NCBI GenBank assembly: GCA_965198115.1
Contig: OZ240241.1
Location: 3,456,001 to 3,520,000 of the forward strand
DNA from: Candidatus Latescibacterota bacterium
Lineage (GTDB): Bacteria; Latescibacterota; UBA2968
Length of the DNA: 64,000 nt
Reading direction: 5' to 3'
Positions 38,669 to 50,018 of the stretch are shown here, piece after piece (within the stretch, counting starts at the first letter, position 1; every line of letters starts with the position of its first letter). A program made the position numbers and the translations under genes. The notes beneath the pieces are model-generated. The model did no database searches. It was not told the origin of the DNA and saw nothing but the letters and a program-made list of their open reading frames with translations.

Positions 38669-40775
38669 TCATCTTTTCATGATTTTTCTCACTGTTTCAC
38701 TCGACAGCCCTCTTTGGGATGCAATGAACTCCATAGTGACGGCGCTGGGAGACTTCTCACGCAGGGCATCTACGATCCATTCGGCTCTTCCTCCGTCCGC
38801 CCCGACTCGGGTCGCCTCTGCGAGGAGCACGCGAAATTCATCCAATCCAGGCTCGAATTCCAAGTCTTTGGGCCACGCTTTACCCCAGAGAACCAGTTCT
38901 GCGACCTTAGTACTCCTGTTCGCAAATACGGTTACGTATTCTAAGCAGACTTTGCCAAGGGCGTATCGTAGAACCTGAGTTTGTCGATCATCTCCGCGAG
39001 ATCTGTTCGTGTGAACTTCCATTTGAAGGGTGTGGCGATACGTCCGTAGCGTTCCTGAAAACCGAGGATTCTTGCCTCAAGCTCTTCGAGCGATGCAAAT
39101 TCGATAGGTGTCAGAGCCTTGCGTTTGAGGATCGAGAAGTAGATCTCGATCTGATTGAGCCAGCTTGCGTGGATCGGAAGGTGAACGGGGTGGATGTTTG
39201 GCCACTTCCCCTGGATACGGTCGATGCATGTTTGCCCTCGGTGCGAGGAGCCATTATCCACGATGAGGTAGACTTTCTTTGCCGAGCAATAGGGTTTCCG
39301 GCTCATGATCAGGCTCAGGAGCCGGTTGAAGGGCTCGATACCCGAAGAAGACTCACAGAGACCGAAGATTCGACCATTGTGCACGTCGAGAGCAGCCAGA
39401 TAGGCCAGGGCTCCTTTCCGCTCGTATTCGTGTTTCAACGCGTGCCGCTCTGTTCGAGGCTGGCGGTAGGGTAACGTGCTTGCGAGCTCGTGCTTGAATA
39501 CTGGTCTTTTCGTCGGCAGAAAGTACATATTCCCTCGGCCCTAAAGGCTTTCCTTGCCATTGGCGGTGATACAGATCAAGGACTCTACCTGCTTTGGTTT
39601 GGAAGTCCGGGTCCCGTGGGAAAATCCAGGAGCGATGATACCAAGGACGAATCGCGTCCTCGTTCAACCAGCGCCAGACAGTGGCGCCGCTGATCTTGGC
39701 AACGAAGCCCCTTTGCACTGCCTCGGCGGCAATCTCGGAACAGCTGAACCGCGAGAGCGGTATCCCGCTCTCGCTCGGTAGTTCACACGCCAGCGCCTTG
39801 ATCTGAACGACCACCTGAGGGGGGAAAACCGGGCGGGCGCCCGGGACGAGATCTATCTTCGAGTCCCGAAAGACGCTCTTCGAAAAAGCGCTTACGCCAT
39901 TTGCTTACGATCGGACGCGGGACATCCAACCGTTGGGCGATAATCTTGTTGGATAATCCCTCGGCGGCGAGAAGCACGATTTTCGATCGGATCACTTGAT
40001 AATACGATAACGTATATTGTCCAGCCATTCGCTCGAGGTCGACCCGTTCCTTCTCAGACAGTAGCACCACATAAGGCGAACGTCTTGGCATTGTTCTCCT
40101 CCTTTTGAAGGAGAACATAAGCTACAAATAATGTTCAGGACATACGTAATAATATTTATGAACCCATGCACTTAGCGACATCCGGATCGACGAATGCCCT
40201 TGTTATGACTAGGTTTTCTTCTTAGGGCCTTCTTGAGCAGCTGAAAATTCGACAGTAGCTCATTGTATTCGGACCGAATTGACCATTCGTCGAGGGAAGT
40301 CGTCTTATTGGACCCTCCAACTGGCGCGGGATCAAGCGCCTTTCCGACTTCGCGAAGCCACGCTGAGTAGATCCTGCGCTGCGGCCCTTGTCGTGGTAGC
40401 TCGCGTGCCATTGTCACCAGTATCCGAGACTTGCTTGTATGGGGAGGCAGCACAACCACTCTGGACCGCCTCTCGATAGGAGTCCAGTAACGATCGCACA
40501 GGGAAGTGGTGCCACAAGATTCATTTCCAGCGAGTCAGCGTCGAATTTCTTCTCCGTGTAGTTGTCGATCGCCTCCCGAAAACACCCATCATCTCGATTT
40601 CGCGCGATCGCCGCATCCACGCTTTCCCAATCAAAGGCTCGCCCCTCAATGAGGTCTTCGGCCAGCCGGTAATCGTCATTGGGCGAAGCCTTGCTCGACA
40701 AAGGGGTCGTGTCGTCCCTTGTATCAAGGGCTTCCACCTTTGGTGACTCACGGTCTTTTCCTGGGCCGGGCTCAT
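38669..40775 (-). pseudogene. Satellite hypothetical/regulator with C-terminal HTH-like segment, split by IS630
   Basis: Removing IS copy 2 joins AFVDPDVA-KVAELVLWG...MEFIASQRGLSSETVRKIMKR; upstream part has further frame breaks. Confidence 0.45.
38910..40171 (-). mobile_element. IS630 copy 2 (orfB frameshifted)
   Basis: Near-identical to copy 1, TTA on both flanks, extra A in GTTGAAACAC. Confidence 0.92.
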
Positions 40776-42037
40776 TGCATGGTTTCATAAACATTATTAC
40801 GTATGTCCTGAACATTATTTGTAGCTTATGTTCTCCTTCAAAAGGAGGAGAACAATGCCAAGACGTTCGCCTTATGTGGTGCTACTGTCTGAGAAGGAAC
40901 GGGTCGACCTCGAGCGAATGGCTGGACAATATACGTTACCGTATTATCAAGTGATCCGATCGAAAATCGTGCTTCTCGCCGCCGAGGGATTATCCAACAA
41001 GATTATCGCCCAACGGTTGGATGTCCCGCGTCCGATCGTAAGCAAATGGCGTAAGCGCTTTTTCGAAGAGCGTCTTTCGGGACTCGAAGATAGATCTCGT
41101 CCCGGGCGCCCGCCCGGTTTTTCCCCCCTCAGGTGGTCGTTCAGATCAAGGCGCTGGCGTGTGAACTACCGAGCGAGAGCGGGATACCGCTCTCGCGGTT
41201 CAGCTGTTCCGAGATTGCCGCCGAGGCAGTGCAAAGGGGCTTCGTTGCCAAGATCAGCGGCGCCACTGTCTGGCGCTGGTTGAACGAGGACGCGATTCGT
41301 CCTTGGTATCATCGCTCCTGGATTTTCCCACGGGACCCGGACTTCCAAACCAAAGCAGGTAGAGTCCTTGATCTGTATCACCGCCAATGGCAAGGAAAGC
41401 CTTTAGGGCCGAGGGAATATGTACTTTCTGCCGACGAAAAGACCAGTATTCAAGCACGAGCTCGCAAGCACGTTACCCTACCGCCAGCCTCGAACAGAGC
41501 GGCACGCGTTGAAACACGAATACGAGCGGAAAGGAGCCCTGGCCTATCTGGCTGCTCTCGACGTGCACAATGGTCGAATCTTCGGTCTCTGTGAGTCTTC
41601 TTCGGGTATCGAGCCCTTCAACCGGCTCCTGAGCCTGATCATGAGCCGGAAACCCTATTGCTCGGCAAAGAAAGTCTACCTCATCGTGGATAATGGCTCC
41701 TCGCACCGAGGGCAAACATGCATCGACCGTATCCAGGGGAAGTGGCCAAACATCCACCCCGTTCACCTTCCGATCCACGCAAGCTGGCTCAATCAGATCG
41801 AGATCTACTTCTCGATCCTCAAACGCAAGGCTCTGACACCTATCGAATTTGCATCGCTCGAAGAGCTTGAGGCAAGAATCCTCGGTTTTCAGGAACGCTA
41901 CGGACGTATCGCCACACCCTTCAAATGGAAGTTCACACGAACAGATCTCGCGGAGATGATCGACAAACTCAGGTTCTACGATACGCCCTTGGCAAAGTCT
42001 GCTTAGAATACGTCACCGTATTTGAGAACAGGAGTAC
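40776..42037 (+). mobile_element. IS630 copy 3 (frameshifted, left tip missing)
   Basis: Same extra A as copy 2, extra T at the slippery site; left flank is CTCAT instead of CTAAG. Confidence 0.92.
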
Positions 42038-42339
42038 TAAGGACCCCACCGGCCTCGGGGAGACCTTAGTTGCGATTTAGCCATAGAGTTTGGTCGCTTG
42101 AAGGTCCCAACCCCCCGTCGCGCCGCTTTACGCTTCGGCTTCTGACTTTCCCGCCCAATCTCCTGACGAACCTGACTCGGCTGCCAATCTTGGAACTTAC
42201 GATTGTCCCTCACGACGTAGTTCCGGCCGACTTTCTCGCCGTCGATCGCCTTCCGCTGAATTGCTTCAGCGATTGCCTGCCGCGAACAACCCTTCAGATC
42301 CGCTGCCGTCGTTGTGTTTATCATACTCGTTCGTGCCAT
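42037..42339 (-). CDS. Small excisionase-like HTH protein, 3' end cut by IS630
   Basis: INTTTAADLKGCSRQAIAEAIQRKAIDGEKVGRNYVV; stop codon supplied by the IS end. Confidence 0.6.
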   Translation of the reverse strand: MARTSMINTTTAADLKGCSRQAIAEAIQRKAIDGEKVGRNYVVRDNRKFQDWQPSQVRQEIGRESQKPKRKAARRGVGTFKRPNSMAKSQLRSPRGRWGP

Positions 42340-42424
42340 ATGTCCGAATATAGTCACTTGACAGATCGCAAGCCAACTGCCTGTGTGCGAAGGGGAAGTC
42401 CACTTCAACAGAGGAGAGAAGATC

Positions 42425-43276
42425 ATGGGAGAGCTCCGCGACCGGATGATTCGGGACATGCAGATCAAGGGGTATAGCCCGTATACCCAAGCCGCCTATC
42501 TGAGAGGGGCCACCGAGTTTGTGCGCTACTTCCACCTCTCACCAGAGGATCTCGGACAGGAAGAGATCAGGACGTATCTCCACCATCTGGTCATCGATCG
42601 CAAAGTCTCGCAGAGTTACCTCGGTCAGGTCTACAGTGGACTGAAGTTCCTGTTCCAGACGACGATGCGGAGAGACTGGGTAGATTGGCGCATTCCTCGA
42701 GCCAGACGCGGCAAGACGTTGCCGGTGGTCCTCTCAAAGGAAGAGATTCGCGGGCTGTTTGATGTCACGACGAACCTGAAGCATCGCGCCTTGTTCAAGA
42801 CGATCTATTCCGGCGGTCTACGGGCTGCCGAGGCAGTCGCTCTGCAAGCCCGCCGACATCGACAGCGACCGGATGCTGATCGGGTCAGGGGGAAGGGAAG
42901 GCGGGAAAGGGATACGCTGCGGCCAGAGAAGCCCTGGACGCTCTGCGGGCCTATCAAGATCGCCACCAACCCGGAACCTGGCTGTTCCCCAGGGCAGAAG
43001 GAACGCTCACCGGTGGTCACCAACACCGTGGGCAAGGTCTTCGCAAAGGCGAAGCAGAAAGCGGAGATCCACAAGCCAGCGTCCGTCCACTCCCTCCGGC
43101 ACAGCTTTGCCACGCATCTGCTTGATGCCGGCGTGGATCTGTTCCATATCCAGAAGCTTCTGGGCCACAGCAGCGTCAAGACAACGACCATCTATCTGCA
43201 CGTATCCACTCGGGATCTTGAAAGGATACAAAGCCCGCTGGATCTGATGGAGGAACCGTCAAAGCCGATCTCGTAA
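42425..43276 (+). pseudogene. Tyrosine recombinase of the type paired with IS91-like transposases, with compensating frameshifts
   Basis: LRDRMIRDMQIKGYS N-domain, GLR, HSLRHSFATHLL, LGH, Y; KPADIDSDRMLI and PGTWLFP lie in alternative frames. Confidence 0.8.
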
Positions 43277-43279
43277 GGA

Positions 43280-43530
43280 GGTCAAGTCGCTTGCGCCTAC
43301 CTGCCAATCGTCTCCGAAGTCCGGGACGGCAAGCGGCCCATCAACCTCTCGAGCCGCTTCTTGTGCTGCCGTCATTCCAGGATTGCTGCCGTCCTTCTTG
43401 GTATCGTCGTCAGCGCAAATGATTAGTTGCAGGTCGGGATACTTCGCTCGCAGCAGCCGCGCTACCAACGGCAAACCACTAGCGCTGAAGGCCACCGCCA
43501 CGGCGTGGCCTGTGGCTTCGTAAATTAGTG
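43280..43530 (-). pseudogene. TOPRIM primase fragment (TraC/P4 alpha-like)
   Basis: IYEATGHAVAVAFSA..IICADDD..NPG..AA..AVPDF..SD. Confidence 0.65.
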
Positions 43531-43858
43531 GCGGCCGTGGCGAAGCCTTCCGCGAGGCACAGGATGCCGTCCGGCTGTCCGATCGGGAAGTAGCTTCGTC
43601 AGTGTCTGTTCTCAAGGGTCCACCGCCACGCAGATAAGGGGACGGAAAGTGAGGAATTGTGGTCTCCTCTTCCCTTCCGGTCGTTGCCGGGACAGGCGTC
43701 CACAATGAATGTTTCTGACGTACGGACGTTTGATCAGAAATATCCAGGCAGTGCGACGCCGGTTCCGTAGATCACCGGATTCCAAGTCCTTTGAGGTTCA
43801 TGACGTGAGTTTGGACGAACTCAGGCCGCGACGGGCTTGACCAAGTTCTTTTCGACGA

Positions 43859-45493
43859 ATGCCTCGAGGTCGGCCAGACGAAACCGAGCAGACCTACCGA
43901 TTTTCACGTGAGGCACGCGCCGGCGACTCAACCCAACACCGGAGCGTATTCTCCGTGCACTGGAGATACTCAGCGACTTCCGCGGGCTTCAGCAGGCGAT
44001 CTCCAACAACCCGTCGATCACGTGAAGGCACATACGCGCGGAGGAAAAACTCGGAGCTATAATCAAAAGGTGTGGAAAAAGAGAAAGGGCGACCCTACCC
44101 TTCCCGTGAGATAGTTGATTCACACAAAACCGGGTGAGAGGCCCGGTTGGGAAGGAGGATCGCCGTGAAGGAACATACGCATAGAGCCCCATTGAAGTCC
44201 ATGCCGACGTGGGAGACGGTTGACGATTGGATCCGTGAAGAGATCCAGGGCCGGTTCCAGTCCATTCTGGAGGAGGAGGCGACCGCGTTCTTGGGCCGGT
44301 CGTGGTATGAGCGCCGAGCCGAGGTCGATAGCTCCACGGGCTACAGGAACGGCTACGGCAAGCCCCGGCGTCTCTCGACGAGCTGCGGAACGATCAAGGT
44401 CCGGCGTCCCCGGGTTCGTGGTCTGGAAGAGCGGTTTGAAAGCCGCATCCTCCCCCTGTTCGCCCGGAGAACCAGGGCCATTGGAGATCTGCTTCCCGAC
44501 CTTTATCTCCACGGTCTCTCCCAGGGCGACTTCGAGTTGTCTTTGCGTGCACTGCTCGGTGATGGCGCGCCGCTTTCGCCGACCTCGATCGCTCGTCTTC
44601 GAGGGAAGTGGGAGGTCGACTTCCAGGACTGGAAAGAAAGGCGTCTGGATAATCGCGAACTGGTCTACGCCTGGGCTGATGGCATCTACGTCAAAGCCGG
44701 GCTCGAGCGCGAGAAGGCGTGTCTGCTGGTCGTGATCGGCGCGATGAGCGACGGCAGCAAGGAGATCCTGGCGATAGAACCCGGTTATCGAGAGTCTACA
44801 GAATCCTGGCTCACGGTGCTCCGGGATCTCCGGGATCGCGGGCTCGAACATCCTGTCCTGATCGCCGCGGACGGGAATATGGGCATCTGGGCGGCCGTTG
44901 ATCAGGTCTGGCCAGAGAGCCGGCAACAACGGTGCTGGAACCACAAGATCCTCAACGTGCTCGACAAGGTCGCCAAGCGTGCACAGGCTGAAGCCCGCGC
45001 ACTGCTCGTCCAAATCCCCTATGCCGGCACGAAAAAGGAGGCCGAGAAGCTCCGGAAACGCTTTGCCGCACGGTATCGCTCACAGTTCCCTGCCGCCGTG
45101 GAGACGCTCGAAAGAGACTGGGATCGGATGGTCACGTTCTACGACTTCCCGAAGGAACACTGGAAACACCTGAGAACCACGAACGTCGTCGAGAGCCCCT
45201 TTGCTTCCGTTCGGCTTCGCACAAACGCCGCCAGGCGATTCAAGAAAGTCAGGAACGCCACGGCTCTCATCTGGCGTACGCTCAAGGTCGCAGAGAGCCG
45301 ATTCAGGAAACTCACCGCGCCACACTTGCTACAACAAGTCTACGATCAGAAACACTCAACCGGACCGCAGGTCGAAACCGGGAAGATGGCCGCCTGATTT
45401 CTTTTACACACCTATTGACCTGAGCTCAAAACTCGGCTCGACAATGCGCAGCTGATGTGCCGCTCGTGCAACAGCCGAAAGGGCGGAGCTTAA
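43859..45493 (+). pseudogene. HNH endonuclease remnant interrupted by IS256
   Basis: Removing the IS and one TSD gives DHVKAHTRGGKTRLDNAQLMCRSCNSRKGGA-stop; 5' part degraded. Confidence 0.75.
44054..45427 (+). mobile_element. IS256 copy 2 with intact transposase (44147..45397)
   Basis: Near-identical to copy 1; 8-bp TSD AAAACTCG. Confidence 0.93.
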
Positions 45494-46010
45494 AGAGGGG
45501 TCGACCCGAAGCAGAATTTTCGTATCATGACGTTCAGGTCTGAAATTCGCGCCGGAAACAGCTTCTGACAGGCAGAAAGCAACCGGTGTAAAAAACCTGG
45601 GGTTTTCACAGTTCCAACCCTGCTTGGATGCCGATCCTCCCGGCGGAGCGCTTAAACGCGCGTCTGCCGGGCGGCTTTCGAACCAGACACGCCCCGTACT
45701 AAACCGGAGCCCCTCCTTCGCTTTTGTGAGGCGTCTGAAGAAGTAAATCCGCTGGCCGAACATCGCCACTACGTCGTCAGGGCCTGGATGGCTCCTCTAA
45801 CGGCCACGTAAGGACGACATTGCGCGGCTGCGCGGAGCAAGGTTCGTGTCGGTCACGGAAGGCGTAGAAGACAGTCCTGGCCTCGCGCGGCTACGACGGT
45901 TTCGCCATATCGGTGCGACGGTTCAGGATGCTTTTCGGGATCGGGCTTTTTGTAGGTACGCCCTGCGATTCACGAGGGCTGATCTGTTGTGAGCGAACGG
46001 GCATTATCGC

Positions 46011-47627
46011 TTGACCTACGATTTTAAGACACTACGGGGAGATCTCTTCGGCGGCATCACTGCCACGGTGGTGGCGATACCGATCGCGCTGGGTCTCGGC
46101 GTCGCGTCGGGCATGGGGGCGGCTGCCGGCATATACGGTGCCATCGCGGTCGGCTTTTTCGCGTCAGTGATCGGTGGCACGCGGTCCCAGATATCCGGTC
46201 CCACAGGTCCAATGACCGTCGCCATGGCGGTTATTATCACTAGCCACGCGGCCAATCTCCTCGAAGCCTTGACTGTGGTGGTTCTGGGCGGTCTGCTGCA
46301 GGTGCTTCTGGGCATATCCAGGGTCGGCCGCTTTGTGGCCTACACTCCATACGTGGTTATATCTGGATTCATGTCTGGCATCGGCATCATCATCATGCTG
46401 ATTCAGACCTTGCCGTTCCTCGGGGCACCCACCGCACCGGGCGGACCTATGGGCGCGATTCGTGCGTTGCCGCAGGCGGTGGGCAATATCAACATCAGCG
46501 CCTTTGCGATCGCTAGTGTTACTCTCGCGGTTGGAGTCCTCTGGCCTCGCCGGCTGGCGAGACTCCTGCCCGCTCCCCTGGTAGCGCTGATGGCCGGCAC
46601 ACTGCTGAGCGTGCTGTGGTTGAAAGACTCGCCGCTCATCGGGCACGTGCCGACCGGCCTGCCGGGAGTGCAATTCGGGTTGCCTTCCGCCAGCTTCCTG
46701 GTGCACGCGATGGAACCAGCGCTCATTCTCGCCCTTCTCGGCTCCGTGGACAGTCTCCTCACCTCCGTGGTAGCCGATTCGTTGACCGGTACACGCCACA
46801 ACTCGGACCGGGAACTGATCGGACAGGGTATCGGCAACGTGGTGGCAGGACTCTTCGGAGGGCTTCCGGGTGCTGGGGCCACCATGGGCACCGTGACCAA
46901 CATACGAGCTGGCGGACGGACCCAGGTATCCGGCGTGTTGCGCGCGGTACTTCTGCTGGCCCTAGTTCTGGGCCTTGGTCGATACGTCGAGCCGATTCCT
47001 CTTGCCGCTCTTGCCGGTGTCCTGATGAAAGTCGGCTGGGACATCATCGACTGGCGTCTTCTCATCCGCGTCCACCGCATCCGGCGCGAACACCTTGTCG
47101 TCATGCTGATCACGTTGAGCCTTACGGTGTTCGTTGATTTGATAACCGCCGTAGCGATAGGACTGATCGCCGCGGGAATGACCCACGCGCGACAGTTGGA
47201 AAGCCTGGAACTCGACAGCGTGGTCTCGGTACCGCTGCTGGACCGGAAGTTCTTATCCGAGCAGGAGCACAAGGGTGTATCGGACCCATATGCGGCGCGG
47301 GTCGGTTTGGTGGCACTCCGGGGGACTCTCACCGTCGCCTCCTCCCGTAAGCTGGTCGGAGTGATCAGCGAGGACATCAAGGATCATGAGGTCGTCATCT
47401 TTGATTTCTCCGGCGCCACCTACCTCGACGACAGTGCGGCCATGGTAATCGAGCAACTCATCGACACTGCTAACAAAGCGCAGACCCAGTGCATCGTGAT
47501 GGGTCTCTCAGGCTCTGTTGAGAACACCCTTTACACGCTCGATATCTTGCGGCATGTACCGGAAGATCACATTGTCGAAACTCTGGGCGAGGCGCGAGCG
47601 GCCGCCAAAGCTCTCCTCAAAGATTGA
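46011..47627 (+). CDS. SulP/SLC26 anion (bicarbonate/sulfate) transporter with STAS domain
   Basis: GDLFGGIT, QISGPTGPM, RELIGQGIGN, T..NIRAGG, DFSGATYLDDSA. Confidence 0.93.
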   Translation: MTYDFKTLRGDLFGGITATVVAIPIALGLGVASGMGAAAGIYGAIAVGFFASVIGGTRSQISGPTGPMTVAMAVIITSHAANLLEALTVVVLGGLLQVLLGISRVGRFVAYTPYVVISGFMSGIGIIIMLIQTLPFLGAPTAPGGPMGAIRALPQAVGNINISAFAIASVTLAVGVLWPRRLARLLPAPLVALMAGTLLSVLWLKDSPLIGHVPTGLPGVQFGLPSASFLVHAMEPALILALLGSVDSLLTSVVADSLTGTRHNSDRELIGQGIGNVVAGLFGGLPGAGATMGTVTNIRAGGRTQVSGVLRAVLLLALVLGLGRYVEPIPLAALAGVLMKVGWDIIDWRLLIRVHRIRREHLVVMLITLSLTVFVDLITAVAIGLIAAGMTHARQLESLELDSVVSVPLLDRKFLSEQEHKGVSDPYAARVGLVALRGTLTVASSRKLVGVISEDIKDHEVVIFDFSGATYLDDSAAMVIEQLIDTANKAQTQCIVMGLSGSVENTLYTLDILRHVPEDHIVETLGEARAAAKALLKD

Positions 47628-48304
47628 GGCGCAAGATACTGTACCGGGCGCTTCAGTTCCGCCTGTCCGCCATCGGCTACACACCTGCGATTACCCGGCG
47701 ACGACGGATCTTTCGCCATCGATGGAGTGGGCGCCCCTCCCTTTAACGTTACTCCCGATCACGGCCACCATGGCACCATTTTGCTGGAGGCGATCGTGGA
47801 GTTGGCGCCGACAGGGAGAGGAGTGTCCGTGGGGGGCGCGCCAAGTTCGAGCCGGAGTCCGCTTAGAACAAGCGGTCCACGGGGGAAATCGGATCAAAAT
47901 CAATGCGGTTGCTTCAAGCGGGACGTTTGGGGATTTGCGGTGTCCATCAGTGCCTCGGAACCCTCGAAGCCACGCGGTGCGCATTAGGGTGCCAATTCAA
48001 GGATGTAGTGCCTTTCTCCATCGGGACCAGGCACGTAAGACCTCATTACGTAGATGCCATCGAAGTGCCCGGGCCGCTGTAATTCGACACTATCGCGTCA
48101 AGGATATAAGCACCTCTGATTCGGTGGGAACTCCCTTCAAAACTCATAGCCTATGGAAAATGTGCTGAGAACTCCGAACGCTCTCGAATACTCCATACGC
48201 ACCGGAGCGTGGCGAACTCCGGATTTTAAAACTTTCTCCCAGGCTCGCGTAGCGCATCACCGGAGCCCGAGACAGATATTCAATTCCGGCCCCGACCTGA
48301 AACG

Positions 48305-48860
48305 TCAGACTCCTTCAAAGAATGTGACGCCCAGCGACGGTTGAAAACTGAATGACATGGCGACGCCCGAATTACTTAATTTCGAATCGGTGGACACGTC
48401 CACCGTCGGATCCCCCGACGACAGGAAAGTTCTCTGGCGTCCCTCGTATTCGGAATCAAGGTAATATCCCCCCCATTCGCCGTCTATCGTGAACTTCCAG
48501 CGATCTTCGAACGGAACGTCAAGGCGAATGCCGACAACGCCGCCGTAATACCAGGCGTTCAGATCCTCTTTCAGTGTCAGTTGGTTGACATTCGGTTCCC
48601 GGTTGGACTCATAGGCAAAAATGTCGAACTCCTGACGCAGCCTCTTGAAACTTGGACCGATATAAGGAGAGACTTTGCGCTGCCCTTCCAGGCCGAAGGA
48701 AATTCCGCTCACAAAATCGCCGTCCCAGAATTCCACGTTCCTTTCCGTCGTGATGCGTATGGGATCGCCCCAGGCGAAATTGGGCGTGCCGAAATCTATC
48801 GCTGCTCCATCTATGACTCCAATCCAACCCACGGAGCTAACGTGCGGATCGGTTTCTATC
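48305..48860 (-). pseudogene. Outer-membrane beta-barrel fragment
   Basis: Amphipathic strands (WYYGGVVGIRLDVPF, WKFTIDGEWGGYYL); no credible start. Confidence 0.45.
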
Positions 48861-48869
48861 AACCGCGTC

Positions 48870-49515
48870 GAAGGACTTTTCTGATCTGCCATCAGGCTGT
48901 ATGAGATCCGCGAAGGTGTTCGCGAAATCTGTAAGAGAGACTCCGTGAGGCCGAACGGGGCGCGCACCTTGTGGTAGGAGATCGATGTCACGGGCGCTGA
49001 ACCAAACCTGGACCGCATATCGTTCCGATCCATCTCCTGCGAGGTCGTGAAGTACGCGGAGGGCAAGAGAGGTCTTCCCTGTTCCCCCAGGTCCACTGAG
49101 GGTTACAATCGGGTGTCGATCCACCAAATTCAACTGCTCGGCCACCTGCGTTTCCAGAGTCTTTCTTCTGACGTATCCAGCGGGAGCTGTCGGCAGATTT
49201 GAGAACGTTACTCCCTCTACGGCAAGCGAATCCAAACCTTCAGTTGTGCTTCCCGGCAGTTGAGTCACGGGAGTCAGCCATCTCGTGGATTCAGATCGTT
49301 GCCTATCATTAGTGATGTATGAACCTCGTAGGACCTATCCCTGAAACTCCCATTTGCCAGCAGGAAGTCAGACGCGTCGGGGTTAGAAGAGGCCAGCTCG
49401 ACAGGGAGAAGCGACTCCCCGAAAGCTACGTGGATGCCATCACCAAGGTCGTGATGAGCTTGAATTTTGAGGTAGTCGAAAGCCCTGCAGTCTCCGCAGG
49501 GAGGAGTTACGCGGT
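48870..49515 (-). pseudogene. NB-ARC/STAND NTPase fragment
   Basis: FSNLP..YVRR..LE, IVTLSGPGGTGKTSLALRV, VWFSAR; truncated before Walker B. Confidence 0.7.
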
Positions 49516-49672
49516 AGATGTCGAACTCCTCAAGGATCGCGGACAGGGCGGCATTGTCCCGCCGTACGGAAGAGCCGAGGAACTGAATGTTGAAGGAGCA
49601 GATGGCCAGGTCTTCCGCGGCCACTGACGTCGCCAGAACCAGGAACAGAGCAATGCGTGCGAACATCTTCAT
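49516..49672 (-). pseudogene. N-terminal fragment of an exported DNase I-like (EEP) nuclease
   Basis: Signal peptide then LAICSFNIQFLG..D...ILEEFDI. Confidence 0.6.
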
Positions 49673-49752
49673 AGGAGCCACCATCCTGTGGAATGTGGGT
49701 TATGGCCAATGTCTTTTTCGCTGTTGAAATTGGACAGCGGCATGTGATGGTT

Positions 49753-49950
49753 TCAGGCGGCTGCAGCGCGTCCTTCAACGTTCCCGTCGAGAGCGGCATC
49801 GGGCGTCTGAAGAGCGACCACAAGCTTGGTCATCTGGCGGTAGCCCTTGAGTCGCCGGAAGCCCCGTTCGGCTTCCAAGGCACCGGCGGCGCTCCAGCGC
49901 AGGATCATGCGGCCGCTCTTCCATCGCTTGACGGCCGTGCAGGTGGCCTT
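49753..49950 (-). pseudogene. C-terminal fragment of a second IS256-type transposase
   Basis: VKRWKSGRMILRWSAAGALEAERGFRRLKGYRQM. Confidence 0.75.
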
Positions 49951-50018
49951 GAGACCTCAAAGCGATCTACCAGTCCGCCACACTTCGTAAGGCCGAGAAC
50001 CAACTGGAGAAGTTCTCT

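Noticed and set aside
33146-45427. Composite transposon formed by the two IS256 copies
   Set aside because: Each copy has its own matching TSD, indicating independent insertions.
47640-48300. ORFs downstream of SulP
   Set aside because: No recognisable motif or credible start; probably degraded sequence.
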